A stretch of DNA of 62,710 bases, counting the filler, from a bacterium (GTDB taxonomy: Bacteria > JAMORN01), in assembly GCA_027063545.1 (NCBI GenBank). It is 21 parts of 21 records of this genome, joined end to end, with 100 filler letters (N's around TTAATTAATTAA, not from the genome) between each part and the next. Parts side by side here need not be neighbours in the genome. Positions count along the whole stretch, not along the records: positions 50,726 to 52,365 come from JAMORN010000086.1; positions 52,466 to 54,097 come from JAMORN010000087.1; positions 54,198 to 55,824 come from JAMORN010000089.1; positions 55,925 to 57,550 come from JAMORN010000090.1; positions 57,651 to 59,272 come from JAMORN010000091.1; positions 59,373 to 60,994 come from JAMORN010000092.1; positions 61,095 to 62,710 come from JAMORN010000093.1; 14 more parts are not named here. One strand, given 5' to 3'. Each line of letters begins with the position of its first letter. Within the stretch, counting starts at the first letter, position 1. The translations under genes and the position numbers were made by a program. The notes beneath the pieces were generated by a model, which searched no databases, was not told the DNA's origin, and saw only the letters and a program-made list of their open reading frames with translations. Below, in pieces: positions 51,190 through 62,267 of this stretch.

Positions 51190-51996
51190 GCTTTTTATTT
51201 TAGTTGTATTATAATATATAACAGATACTCTATAGAAATATATAATAAAGAAGATAGTCTTTTGAATGATAAAAAAAATATAAATAGATTTTATTCAGAA
51301 AATAATAAACTTATTAAAAATGGTGAACAGATTTGGCATATACAATAATATATGATAATGGTAAAATTGTATTATTTGATGATAATTATTTAAAAAAAAG
51401 AATAAATTTTTAATAAAAAACATTTTTTTCTTTTTAAAGTATATATTTTTATCAAAATTAAAAACTTATATAAAAATAAGATTTAAAACTAGAAGATCAA
51501 GCACTAAAAAGGTCATTTTTAATAATCCTAAAGACTTTTTACGTAAATGTATATTACAAAAAATTTATATTTCGTTTTGGTGAAGATAGAAACAAGAAGA
51601 TTAATGCACTGAATAATACATATATAAAATTGTTATATAAAGAACTTAGTAAAGGGTTTAAAGAAAGAATAAAAAGAGAACTGATCTTTTTTCTTAAAAC
51701 AATGTTCTCTCCATTCTAAATAAGTTATATATATACATCTTTAAAAAAAATGGTTATAAGAGGATATATATAAATAAAATTATTGGTATTTATAATGATA
51801 TAGATGGTGTACCTAATTTATACCAGGTAATGTACTAGTAGTATATGATATAGAGTTTATAGTATCTTCTAGTTATTATGAGTTTTCAGAGGGTATACCA
51901 AAAGATATTTCGTCATTCCTTGAAGAGATTAATAATATAATCTCAGAAAACTATGCAAATTTAGAAACACAAAAACTTATCTTGGAATATAAATAA
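51190..51996 (+). pseudogene. Probable decayed gene of unknown family; boundaries approximate
   Basis: Successive protein-like open segments in shifting frames, e.g. DLKLEDQALKRSFL..., IPGNVLVVYDIEF...QKLILEYK*. Confidence 0.4.
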
Positions 51997-52124
51997 ATCA
52001 TTTAAAAATAAATACTTCTTTATAAATATTATTAAGTATAATTTTTTTCAATTTATTGAGATTGATTTTTAATTATATAAAAAATATTTTTTATTTAAAA
52101 TACAAAACAATAGGAGAATTAACT

Positions 52125-52365
52125 ATTTATAAAGTAGGTTTTATCAACATAGGTGATGAACTTTTAGATGGAAGTGTAATTGATACGAATTTCTCTTTTG
52201 CTTCCCAAATTTTATTCACTGCTGGATATAAGGTATTATATCAATTAAAAGTTTCTGATATAAAAGAAGAGATTATTGATAGTTTAAATTTTCTTTATAA
52301 CAAGGTTGATATAATAATAATCTCAGGAGGACTTGGTCCAACAGGTGATGATCTAACAAGGTTTG
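52125..52365 (+). CDS. cinA: CinA-like (molybdopterin-binding domain) protein, 3'-truncated; start uncertain
   Basis: INIGDELLDGSVIDTN, ISGGLGPTGDDLT. Confidence 0.85.
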
Positions 52366-52465
52366 NNNNNNNNNNNNNNNNNNNNNNNNNNNNNNNNNNN
52401 NNNNNNNNNTTAATTAATTAANNNNNNNNNNNNNNNNNNNNNNNNNNNNNNNNNNNNNNNNNNNN

Positions 52466-52777
52466 TTCACAGGTTTTTATGATGACAACGTAGAGGAGTA
52501 TTATATTGATAAGAAAAAAATGGGAGAGATGAGTGTTGGACAAGTTAGAGAAAAGACTTCTGATTTACATCTTGTTGATGTTAGAATGCCGTTTAAGGTA
52601 GGTGATATACTTTTTGCTTATAATTCAAATGTAAAAAAGGAAGTGGAAGTAGAAGAGATGTATGATATTTTCAAAAATAGCAAAAAACAGGCACATCCAA
52701 ACGATATAGTATGGATAAGATTCTCTAAAGATATCCCTAAAGGAACTATTTTAAGAAAAAAAGCAAATTGGTTTTGA
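52466..52777 (+). CDS. U32-family peptidase, C-terminal fragment
   Basis: FTGFY...VGQV...FKVGD...AHPN...ILRK pattern; frame open to the contig edge. Confidence 0.6.
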   Translation, partial: FTGFYDDNVEEYYIDKKKMGEMSVGQVREKTSDLHLVDVRMPFKVGDILFAYNSNVKKEVEVEEMYDIFKNSKKQAHPNDIVWIRFSKDIPKGTILRKKANWF

Positions 52778-52784
52778 TTTAAAT

Positions 52785-54097
52785 ATGAAGAAAGATTATC
52801 CAAAGTATTCTGTAGAAACTCTTAAATCATTATGGTATAAAGTAAAAAATCCTGGAAGATATATAGGCAAGGAGATAAATTCTGTCATAAAAGATAATTA
52901 CAAAGTTCTATTTACAATTATATATCCAGATCTTTATGAAATAGGTATGTCTAATTTAGGATGGCAAATATTATATCATATTTTAAATAATATAGATAGA
53001 ATCTCTGCCCAAAGAAGTTTCATGGTAGATTATGACTTTAGGAAAGAATTGAAGAATAATAATATTTTTTTATATACATTAGAAGAATATATTCCATTAA
53101 AATTTTCAGATGCAATTTTGATAAGTAATCAATATGAACTTAATTATACAAATATTTTAGATATTCTTCATCTGTCAGGAATTGAGATAAAAAGAGAAAA
53201 GCGGCAAGAAGAAGATCCTATAGTTATAATGGGAGGTTCAGCTGTTGTTAATCCTAAGCCTTTGGAAGATTTTGTTGATGTCTTTTTCTTTGGTGAAGGA
53301 GAGGAGGACATAAAAAAAATAGCAGAAATATTTCTAACAATCGAAGATCGTAGAGCCAGATTAGAAAAGTTAAATAGATTGTCTTCAACATATATTCCAG
53401 AACTATATTCAGAAAATAAAAAGATTATCATAGCAAAGGTTCCTTTTTTAAAAAAAGAGAATTATCCAATAAAAAGAATAATTCCAAATATAGATACTAT
53501 TCAAAATAGATTTACAGTTGAGATAATGAGAGGATGCGTTAGAGGTTGTCGATTTTGCAGTGCAGGATATTTTTATAGACCATATAGGGAAAGAACTATT
53601 AAAGACATTTTTTCAGAAATAATAGATGGATTTATAAATACAGGATATGAAGAGTATGGATTTTTATCCCTTTCATCAACTGATTATTCAAAAATTGATA
53701 AATTAATAGAAAAGAGTCAAGAATTACAGAAGATTTTAAATATAAAATTTTCTTTGCCTTCAACAAGAGTAGATAAACTTCCTCCTGATATGGGAGGTGA
53801 TATATATAATAAAAATACTCTTACATTGGCTCCTGAAGCAGGAACTCAAAGGTTGAGAGATATTATAAACAAAAATATTACAGAAAGTGAAATAATAGAT
53901 GCCGTAGAATATGCCTTTAAAAACAATTGGAAAATAGTGAAACTTTATTTTATGATAGGTCTTCCTTTTGAAACTCAGGAAGATATTGATGGAATTATTT
54001 CTTTAGTTAAGAAATTAGAAAAAATTATGAATAAAATAAAAGGTAACAAAAAGAAAGAGATTCATGTTTCCATAGGAGCATTTACCCCAAGACCTTT
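52785..54097 (+). CDS. B12-binding-type radical SAM protein (TIGR03960-like), 3'-truncated
   Basis: PGRYIGKEINS, YPDLYEIGMSNLG, RGCVRGCRFC, APEAGTQRLR, KLYFMIGLP. Confidence 0.88.
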
Positions 54098-54199
54098 NNN
54101 NNNNNNNNNNNNNNNNNNNNNNNNNNNNNNNNNNNNNNNNNTTAATTAATTAANNNNNNNNNNNNNNNNNNNNNNNNNNNNNNNNNNNNNNNNNNNNCT

Positions 54200-54526
54200 A
54201 TTTGTATAGGTCAGGCTGCTAGTATGGCTGCTATATTACTTGCTGGTGGTACTAAAGGGAAAAGAGCAGCTTTACCACATTCTAGAATTATGATACATCA
54301 ACCATTGGGTGGTGTAAGTGGACAGGCTAAAGATATAGAGATTCATGCAAAAGAAATTATAAAAATAAGGGATATGTTAAATGGTATTCTAGCTAAGCAT
54401 ACTGGCCAACCAATAGAAAAGATAGCTCAGGATACTGATAGAGATTTCTTTATGACCCCAGAGGAAGCTAAGGAATATGGTATTATTGATTTTATAATAT
54501 ATCCAGAGGAAAAGAAGGATAAATAG
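54200..54526 (+). CDS. clpP: ATP-dependent Clp protease proteolytic subunit (5'-truncated)
   Basis: [24 protein letters not shown]. Confidence 0.97.
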   Translation: MCIGQAASMAAILLAGGTKGKRAALPHSRIMIHQPLGGVSGQAKDIEIHAKEIIKIRDMLNGILAKHTGQPIEKIAQDTDRDFFMTPEEAKEYGIIDFIIYPEEKKDK

Positions 54527-54538
54527 TAAAGGTTCTAT

Positions 54539-55789
54539 ATGGTAGATCATCAAAAAAATACTCCTAAAAGATGTTCCTTCTGTGGACGCTCCGAGAGAGA
54601 GGTAGGATTACTTATTGAAGGTTTAGATGGTGCTTTTTTATGCTCTGATTGTGCAAAAACAGCAAATGAGATTTTTAAGAAAATAGAGATAGAAGATCAT
54701 ATTCAGGATATAGAACAAGGAGTAAGATTATATTCTCCTAAAAAAATAAAGGAATATTTAGATCAGTATGTTATAGGCCAAGATAAAGCAAAAAAGATTT
54801 TATCAGTTGCTGTATATAATCACTATATAAGAGTTCTTCATAATATAAAAAGCTCTAACAATGACGATGTAGAAGTTGAAAAGTCTAATATTTTAATGGT
54901 AGGTCCTACAGGTTCAGGTAAGACATATATGGCTAGAATATTAGCTAAGTTATTAAATGTACCTTTTGCTATATATGATGCTACTTCTCTAACAGAGGCA
55001 GGTTATGTTGGAGAGGATGTTGAGAATGTTTTGGTAAGACTTCTACAGGAATCGGATTATAATGTTAAAAGAGCAGAATTAGGAATTGTTTATATAGATG
55101 AAATAGATAAAATAAGTAAAAAGCATGCTGGCCCTTCTATAACCCGTGATGTTGGCGGAGAGGGTGTTCAGCAGGCATTATTAAAAATTGTAGAGGGTAA
55201 TATAGTTGGAGTTCCACCGCAGGGAGGTAGAAAACATCCTGAACAAAAATTAATATATGTAAATACTAATAATATTTTATTTATTGTAGGTGGAGCTTTT
55301 GATGGAATTGATAAGATAATATCCAAAAGAATGAAAAAGGTCAACATCGGATTTGGAAAAGAAAAAATTTCAGTTTCTAATATGTCATTTAATGATTTAA
55401 TCGAGTATATAATGCCAGAAGATTTGATAGAATATGGTCTTATTCCAGAGTTTATAGGAAGATTTCCAATCATATGTCCAATACATGAATTATATAAAGA
55501 TGATATAAAAAGAATATTAATAGAACCAAAGAATTCTTTAATAAAACAATATAAGAAGATTTTTGAATATAATGGAGTTGAACTAGAATTTGAAGATAAA
55601 GCTTTAGATGTTATAGTTGAAAATACATTAAAGAAAAAGGTGGGAGCTAGAGGATTAAGAGGAGAATTAGAAAGAGTTTTAATAGATGTAATGTTTGAGT
55701 TCCCATTTGATGATAATGTGAAGAAGTGTATTATTACAGAAGATTATGTTAAAGGTAAGGTTAATTTTCCCCTTTTGGTCAAAGAATAG
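54539..55789 (+). CDS. clpX: Clp protease ATP-binding subunit
   Basis: C4 zinc finger, [22 protein letters not shown] loop, GARGLR. Confidence 0.98.
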   Translation: MVDHQKNTPKRCSFCGRSEREVGLLIEGLDGAFLCSDCAKTANEIFKKIEIEDHIQDIEQGVRLYSPKKIKEYLDQYVIGQDKAKKILSVAVYNHYIRVLHNIKSSNNDDVEVEKSNILMVGPTGSGKTYMARILAKLLNVPFAIYDATSLTEAGYVGEDVENVLVRLLQESDYNVKRAELGIVYIDEIDKISKKHAGPSITRDVGGEGVQQALLKIVEGNIVGVPPQGGRKHPEQKLIYVNTNNILFIVGGAFDGIDKIISKRMKKVNIGFGKEKISVSNMSFNDLIEYIMPEDLIEYGLIPEFIGRFPIICPIHELYKDDIKRILIEPKNSLIKQYKKIFEYNGVELEFEDKALDVIVENTLKKKVGARGLRGELERVLIDVMFEFPFDDNVKKCIITEDYVKGKVNFPLLVKE

Positions 55790-55924
55790 TTTAAGGGGAG
55801 GGGTTAGATAGTGATTATAGAATTNNNNNNNNNNNNNNNNNNNNNNNNNNNNNNNNNNNNNNNNNNNNTTAATTAATTAANNNNNNNNNNNNNNNNNNNN
55901 NNNNNNNNNNNNNNNNNNNNNNNN

Positions 55925-56104
55925 CTTGCTGAAATGATAAAAGAAATTATTGGATTTAAGGGTGAGTTTTATTTTAATACGAGTAAACCTGACGGAACAA
56001 TGAAAAAAGTTACGGATGTTAGTAAATTACATAGTCTTGGGTGGAAGCATAAAGTTGAGCTTGATGAAGGGATAAGGAAGATTTATGAATGGTATAAAAG
56101 ATAA
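55925..56104 (+). CDS. fcl: GDP-L-fucose synthase, C-terminal fragment
   Basis: Own translation LAEMIKEIIGFKG...SKPDGTMKKVTDVSKLHSLGWKHKVELDEGI..YEWY. Confidence 0.88.
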   Translation, partial: LAEMIKEIIGFKGEFYFNTSKPDGTMKKVTDVSKLHSLGWKHKVELDEGIRKIYEWYKR

Positions 56105-56867
56105 ATATATAGTTTTTTTTGATGAAAAAGTAAAAAATGCTTTAAAAAAATTAGAAGATAATAAAAAAAGATTTTTAATTGTTTTAAATAAAGAAGAAAA
56201 AGTAATTGGAACTTTAACCGATGGAGATATAAGAAGAGGGTTGTTAAATAGGTTAACATTGGATAATAAAATTAATAAAATAGTTAATCAAAATTTTAAA
56301 TTTTTAACATTAGCTTCAACATTTGATGAAGTTTGTGAGTTATTTAAAAGTGAAAGAATAGATTTTCTACCTGTTTTAGATAAAGATAAAAGATTAAAAA
56401 ATATAATCACTAAAAAACAATTCCATTTATTGCTTTTAGAAGATGTAAAATTTAATTTATTATATGATTTTAGCAAATTAGATAATAAGATATTAGAACA
56501 TGAAATTTATAATCGTCCTTGGGGCTTTTATAAAAGTACATTGTTATCTCCTTATGCTCAGTCAAAAATAATTACTGTATTTCCAGGTGGGGAGCTCAGT
56601 TTACAAGAACATAAAAAAAGAGAAGAGCATTGGGTAATTATTAAGGGTAAAGGTAAAGTTATTTTAGGAGAATCAGAGTTAGATGTATATCCCGGAAAAT
56701 ATATTTATATTCCAAAAGGATGTAAACATCAAATTATTAATACATCTAAAGATGAAAATCTAATATTTACAGAAGTCCAACTTGGAGAATATTTTGGGGA
56801 GGATGATATTATTAGATATTCTGATAAATATGGAAGAGTAGAAAATAATAAAAAGGAAGAGAAATGA
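56085..56867 (+). CDS. CBS-pair plus cupin (mannose-6-phosphate isomerase type II-like) fusion
   Basis: GTLTDGDIRR and LPVLD (CBS); RPWG, LSLQEHKKREEHW, EVQLGEYFGEDDIIR (ManC-type cupin). Confidence 0.88.
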   Translation: MNGIKDKYIVFFDEKVKNALKKLEDNKKRFLIVLNKEEKVIGTLTDGDIRRGLLNRLTLDNKINKIVNQNFKFLTLASTFDEVCELFKSERIDFLPVLDKDKRLKNIITKKQFHLLLLEDVKFNLLYDFSKLDNKILEHEIYNRPWGFYKSTLLSPYAQSKIITVFPGGELSLQEHKKREEHWVIIKGKGKVILGESELDVYPGKYIYIPKGCKHQIINTSKDENLIFTEVQLGEYFGEDDIIRYSDKYGRVENNKKEEK

Positions 56868-57550
56868 AATTTAATTTTGATTATGAGAAGCCAAAAGTAG
56901 TAGCAGAAATTGGATGTAACCATATGGGTGATTTTGAAATAGCAAAAGAACTTATTAGATTAGCAAAGGAAGCAGGTGCAGGGTATGTTAAATTTCAAAA
57001 AAGAGATAATGATTGGTGGAGAAGCATTAGACCGGAATGGGATAAGCCACATCCAAATCCTTGGAATAGTTATGGAGACACTTATTATAAACATAGAGTT
57101 GCGCTTGAATTTAGCTTTGAGCAACATGCAGAGCTTAAAAAGTATTGTGAAGAATTAGGAATAGTTTATTCAACATCAGTTTGGGATGTAAACAGTGCAA
57201 AGGGTATAATTGAACTTAATCCAGAGTTTATAAAAGTTCCAAGTGCTTGTAATACAAACTTTGAAATGTTAAAAGTTTTAAGAGATGATTATAATGAACA
57301 AGTACAACTTTCAGTTGGAATGACCACAAGAGAAGAAATTGAAGAAATAGTTAAATTTTTTGAAGAAACAAATCAGGCAAAAGATAGACTTATGATATAT
57401 TCTTGTACATCAGGTTATCCAGTTCCGCCAGAAGATGTAGCTCTTTTAGAAATAAATTATTTATATGAAAAATATGGAGATAGAGTTAATGAAATAGGAT
57501 TTTCAGGACATCATTTAGGAATTGCACTTGACATTGCGGCTTATACACTT
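56864..57550 (+). CDS. NeuB-family nonulosonic acid synthase (3'-truncated)
   Basis: VAEIGCNHMGD, VKFQKR, YSTSVWD, IKVPS, CTSGYP, GFSGH. Confidence 0.9.
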
Positions 57551-57652
57551 NNNNNNNNNNNNNNNNNNNNNNNNNNNNNNNNNNNNNNNNNNNNTTAATT
57601 AATTAANNNNNNNNNNNNNNNNNNNNNNNNNNNNNNNNNNNNNNNNNNNNAT

Positions 57653-58837
57653 TATAGTGTTTCTCAGATTTCTCGTATAGTTAAGGAAAAGATTGAAAAT
57701 ATATTTGATGACTATATATGGATAAAGGGAGAGGTCGTTAGGCCAAGGACTTCCCATTCTGGTCATATCTATTTTAGTATGAAAGATGATGATTCTTCAA
57801 TAACAGCGATTATATGGAAAGATTCAAAGATAAAACAACCTAAAGAAGGTAAAGTTATTTTAGCTTTGGGTTATTTAAACTTTTATATAAAACAGAGTGA
57901 GATTTCTTTTATTGTAAAAGATTATATATATGTTGAGGAGGGGGCTTATAGTCTAAGATTTGAAAGATTAAAAAAGATGTTCTTTGAAAAAGGATATTTT
58001 GATGAGGGTAAAAAAATAGAGATACCAAAATTTCCAAAAACAATAGGGGTTATAACAAGTAAATCTGCTGCGGCATTAAGGGATGTTATAAGAACTTTAA
58101 AAAATAAATATCCAATAGCAAATATTAAATTATTTTATACTTCTGTACAGGGAGAGGATACATACAAAGAGATTATAAAAGCATTAAATTTAGCAGCAGA
58201 GTATTCTTTAACAAAACAAAAGCTTGATGTAATACTACTTGTAAGAGGAGGAGGTTCCAAGGAAGATTTGGAGGTTTTTAATACACCTGAGTTAATAGAA
58301 TTTCTTTATGAATTTAAAAAATATAATATTCCTGTTGTATCAGGAATAGGACATGAGATAGATTTTACTTTAACTGATTTCGTAGTAGATAAGAGAGCCT
58401 CAACTCCTACTATGGCAGCAAGTTATATATCATCTGATATAGAGGAGTTAAAAGAGCGATTAAACAGATATGAAAAAATATTAACATTAAATTTTTATAA
58501 TAAAATAAAAGTATTATTTGAAAAATTTAAATATTATAGAGATCTTTTTTTGAAAAAGACTATTATTTTAAATAGGATAAATTATTATACTCGAGAATTA
58601 GATTTTTTATTTGATAAATTAAATACTTCTCTATTAAATAAAATTAGTTTGTATGAAACAAAATTAGAGAAATTAGAAACAGAAATAAAATTAAAAAGCC
58701 CTTATAAAATACTAGAAAAAGGATTTGTATTAGTAAAACAAGAAGGAAAATTTATAAAGAAAAAAATTGAATTTGATCCTAAAAAAGAATTTTCTCTTCA
58801 ATTTATTGATGGGGAGATAGTTATAAAAAATTATTAA
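57653..58837 (+). CDS. xseA: Exodeoxyribonuclease VII large subunit (5'-truncated)
   Basis: YSVSQ..WIKGE..SGHIYFSMKD, IGVITS, RGGGSKEDL, SGIGHEID, STPT. Confidence 0.96.
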   Translation, partial: YSVSQISRIVKEKIENIFDDYIWIKGEVVRPRTSHSGHIYFSMKDDDSSITAIIWKDSKIKQPKEGKVILALGYLNFYIKQSEISFIVKDYIYVEEGAYSLRFERLKKMFFEKGYFDEGKKIEIPKFPKTIGVITSKSAAALRDVIRTLKNKYPIANIKLFYTSVQGEDTYKEIIKALNLAAEYSLTKQKLDVILLVRGGGSKEDLEVFNTPELIEFLYEFKKYNIPVVSGIGHEIDFTLTDFVVDKRASTPTMAASYISSDIEELKERLNRYEKILTLNFYNKIKVLFEKFKYYRDLFLKKTIILNRINYYTRELDFLFDKLNTSLLNKISLYETKLEKLETEIKLKSPYKILEKGFVLVKQEGKFIKKKIEFDPKKEFSLQFIDGEIVIKNY

Positions 58838-58896
58838 TTTTTATATATTATATATTCTTAAAAATTTATTTTATAAAAATTAAAAGGTTAGAATAT

Positions 58897-59118
58897 ATGA
58901 CAATAGAAGAAAAATTTAGAAAATTAGAAGAAATAGTAAAAAAGATAGAATATGAAGAAGTTGATTTAGAAGAGAGTTTAAGATTATATCAAGAAGGTAT
59001 AAATTTAATAAAAGAATTAAAAGAAACTTTAGAAAGTGCAAAGTTAAAGATAGATGAAGTATTAAAGGAAAGCAATATAATAGAGGAAAAACCTTTAACT
59101 GAAGATGAATTAAAATGA
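58897..59118 (+). CDS. xseB: Exodeoxyribonuclease VII small subunit
   Basis: LEEIVKKIE..LEESLRLYQEG..L; between xseA and ispA. Confidence 0.93.
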   Translation: MTIEEKFRKLEEIVKKIEYEEVDLEESLRLYQEGINLIKELKETLESAKLKIDEVLKESNIIEEKPLTEDELK

Positions 59119-59272
59119 AGGACAAAAAAGATTTTAATTTACAAGAATATTTAGATCATTATAAAAAAGTAGTAAATAAAAAATTAAAAGAACTTCTTCC
59201 CTCTAAAGATAAATACCCTCCAAGCATACATCAGTCTATGCATTATTCTGTGTTTGCAGGAGGAAAAAGAAT
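59115..59272 (+). CDS. ispA: Polyprenyl synthetase (IspA-like), N-terminal fragment
   Basis: SMHYSVFAGGKR; xseA-xseB-ispA synteny. Confidence 0.85.
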
Positions 59273-59372
59273 NNNNNNNNNNNNNNNNNNNNNNNNNNNN
59301 NNNNNNNNNNNNNNNNTTAATTAATTAANNNNNNNNNNNNNNNNNNNNNNNNNNNNNNNNNNNNNNNNNNNN

Positions 59373-59769
59373 CCTTTTCTAACCTTCTTTTTAAATCTAC
59401 TCTAACATTCTCTCCCTTTTTTATAAAGTCAATATCTTTATCTCTTGTTAAAAAAACTTTTGCTCCTCTTTTTTCTAAAAGTCTCTTTAAGTATAAAGCA
59501 ACCTTCAAATTAATATCTTTTTCTTTTATTCCTAAGTTTAAACCTACTGCTCCTTTAAAAAAGCCCCCATGACCTGGATCTATAACTATTCTTTTTCCTT
59601 TTAAAACTTTAACCTCTTGAGTATCTATTTTCATTGTGTCTATTATTTTATATATATCTATATATATTTCCTTTTGATAAATATGTTCTTTTTTAATTAA
59701 ATCTTTTGAGCAATTATATAAAAAAACTTGAAAAACAAAGATAATTATGAGTATTATTTTTCCTTTCAA
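59373..59769 (-). CDS. N-acetylmuramoyl-L-alanine amidase (Amidase_3), possible lipoprotein, 3'-truncated
   Basis: IVIDPGHGG, EKDINL, VFLTR; LYNC lipobox-like motif. Confidence 0.9.
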
Positions 59770-59866
59770 ATAGAAATCCTTTCTTTTTGTTTTTATTGTT
59801 TTTATTTTATATTTGTAAAAAACTAAAAAAGTTAAAAATATAAAATAAAAAAATTTAACTACTAAT

Positions 59867-60796
59867 ATGAAAAAGATTGTTATAGGGATACCTATATATA
59901 ATGAAGAAGAGTTACTGTTAGAATTATATAAAAGGATAAAAAATACTATAGATAAAAATTTAATTGAAAAATATGATGTAGATATACTTTTTGTAAATGA
60001 TGGTTCTACAGATAAAACAACAGAAATATTAAAAGAAATTGCAGAAAAAGATAAAAAAGTAAAAGTTATAAACTTTTCTAGAAATTTTGGGCTTGAAGCT
60101 GCTTTATCGGCAATTATAGAAAATTCTTATGGAGATGCCCTTGTTATAATAGATGGAGATTTACAAGACCCTCCTGAGCTTATACCTGAACTAATAAAAA
60201 AATGGGAAGAAGGATATGATGTTGTTTATACTATAAAACGCTCAAGAAAAGAGTTTTTTATCAAAAAATGGCTAATAGGTTTATTTTATAAAATTCAACA
60301 TGCTATTGCTGATATTACAATCCCTATACAATCTGGTAATTTCTCTCTTTTAGATAAAAAAGTTGTCGATATAATGAAACGATTTAAAGAAAAAAACAAA
60401 TACTTTCCTGGACTTAGAGCCTGGGTTGGTTTTAATCAGTATGGATTATACTATGACAGAGATAAAAGATATGCTGGTAAACCAAAAATGAATTTTAAAA
60501 AATTATTTAATCTTGCTATGGATGGTATCTTTTCATATACAAAACTTCCTCAAAGACTTGCTTATATTATAGGAACATTTTTTATTATTATTGGCATTCT
60601 ATTGTTCATATATGTTCTATATGGAAAACTGGTAAAAGGTTCTCCTATTGGATGGGCTTCTTTAATACTAACAATATATATTGTTGGTGGATTTCAACTT
60701 TTTATAATAGGTCTTCTTGGAGAATATATTATTAGAATTTTTGATGAATCACGAAATCGTCCTGATTATATCATAAAAGATAAAATTAATATATAA
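59867..60796 (+). CDS. GT2 polyisoprenyl-phosphate glycosyltransferase (GtrB/DPM-like)
   Basis: IPIYNEE, VNDGSTD, SRNFG, IDGDLQDPPE, two C-terminal TM helices, GEYI.RI..E...RP. Confidence 0.93.
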   Translation: MKKIVIGIPIYNEEELLLELYKRIKNTIDKNLIEKYDVDILFVNDGSTDKTTEILKEIAEKDKKVKVINFSRNFGLEAALSAIIENSYGDALVIIDGDLQDPPELIPELIKKWEEGYDVVYTIKRSRKEFFIKKWLIGLFYKIQHAIADITIPIQSGNFSLLDKKVVDIMKRFKEKNKYFPGLRAWVGFNQYGLYYDRDKRYAGKPKMNFKKLFNLAMDGIFSYTKLPQRLAYIIGTFFIIIGILLFIYVLYGKLVKGSPIGWASLILTIYIVGGFQLFIIGLLGEYIIRIFDESRNRPDYIIKDKINI

Positions 60797-60891
60797 TAAT
60801 CTTCTATATAACTTAAAATCTTTTTTTTTGTATTTTTTTTAATTTCTTTCTTGTATAATTTATTGATTTTACGTTTATTATGTTAGAAAAT

Positions 60892-60918
60892 TAAAGAAAC
60901 CCAATTGATAACCGATAA
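60892..60918 (+). promoter_or_regulatory. sigma28 (FliA) promoter upstream of a gene truncated at the contig end
   Basis: TAAA-N15-ACCGATAA, one mismatch to consensus; AAGGAGG RBS and ATG at 60987. Confidence 0.75.
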
Positions 60919-61094
60919 TAAAAATGGGATATTGTATAGTTGAGAAAACAAAAAAACTAAAGGAACCCTTAACAAGGAGGTCTAAAATGATTATNNNNNN
61001 NNNNNNNNNNNNNNNNNNNNNNNNNNNNNNNNNNNNNNTTAATTAATTAANNNNNNNNNNNNNNNNNNNNNNNNNNNNNNNNNNNNNNNNNNNN

Positions 61095-62262
61095 TGGCAT
61101 TATATTTATCTGCATTTTTAAACTGTTTTGATATTTTTTCTTTTTTTAATGAATAAATAACACTATAACCATTTTCCCTCAATTTATGAATAATATTCAA
61201 AAAATATTCACTAGGTAAATTAGTAAAATATATTCCGTAAAAATCAACATTATATTTTAAATCAGGTATAAGTCCTTTTGAACTTAAAAGTTCTAAAAGA
61301 ACAGCATCTCCAATTCCAAAACCTACAGCAGGGAGATCAACCTTTCCATCACTTAAAAGAGAAATAAGTTTATTATATCTACCTCCTCCGGCTATTGCTC
61401 TTAAATTCTCTCCTTTTGCATATATTTCAAATACTATATCAGTATAATAAGCAAGTCCTCTTACAATTGAAATATCAAATTCTATATAATCCTTAAACTC
61501 TGTTTTTGATATAAAATTATAAAACTCTATAATATCAATAATACTATCTTCAGATATCTCATATTTTTCTACAAACATGCGAAGAGCCTCTATAGAATTA
61601 CCTACACCAAAAAGCTCCTCTATAGCTCCTATATCTTTTCCATTTAACTCTTTCTTTAAATTATCCCAAAGAACTTCATCAGGGATTTTCCCTTTTTTAT
61701 CTAAATTCTTATAAATTATAGCTATCTCACTGTTGTTAAAGCCCAAACTTTCTAAGATATTCTGTACTGATTTTCTATTGTTGAATTTTAAAACAAAATC
61801 ATCCTTTGTTAAACCAAATATTCTTAAAGAATCTATGGCACAGCCTATCACCTCAAAATCTGAAAGAATTGAATCCTCCCCTATTATATCTATATTAAAC
61901 TGAAAAAACTCTCTTAATCTCCCTTTTTGAGGTCTTTCATACCTATTAAGTCTTGGAATAGAAAACCATCTAATTGGCTTTGGAAGTTCTCCTGCTTTTT
62001 GAATAATCATTCTTGCAAGAGTAGGAGTTATTTCTGGTCTTATTGCAATTTTTCTTCCTCCCTTATCTTCAAAAGCATATATTTGAGCTTCTATCTCTTC
62101 TCCAGATTTTTTACTAAAAAGGTCAAAAGATTCTATATAAGGCCCTTCATATTCTTCAAATCCATAGACTTTAGCAACTTTTCTCCAATTTTCAAATATA
62201 TAATTAAGCTTTCTTTGAAAATCTGGATAAAAATCTCTAGTCCCTTTTAAAGATTTTATCAT
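61095..62262 (-). CDS. hisS: Histidine--tRNA ligase (3'-truncated)
   Basis: KGTRDF, RPEIT, RYERPQKGRLREFFQ, VRGLAYYT, GGGRY. Confidence 0.97.
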
Positions 62263-62267
62263 ATTAT

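Noticed and set aside
52056-52124. TTG start and N-terminal extension of the CinA-like ORF
   Set aside because: No RBS and no family resemblance; a better RBS lies at 52112.
1745-61094. TTAATTAATTAA repeated 20 times, resembling a dispersed repeat or array
   Set aside because: Always centred in N44 flanks with stops in all frames, so it is an artificial linker. The ...XXXLIN endings in the ORF track come from it.
2224-62250. Other short ORFs in the track overlapping known genes (e.g. 2224, 2918, 20228, 25687, 30157, 49720, 55168, 61927)
   Set aside because: They lie antisense or out of frame within well-supported genes and have no recognisable motifs.
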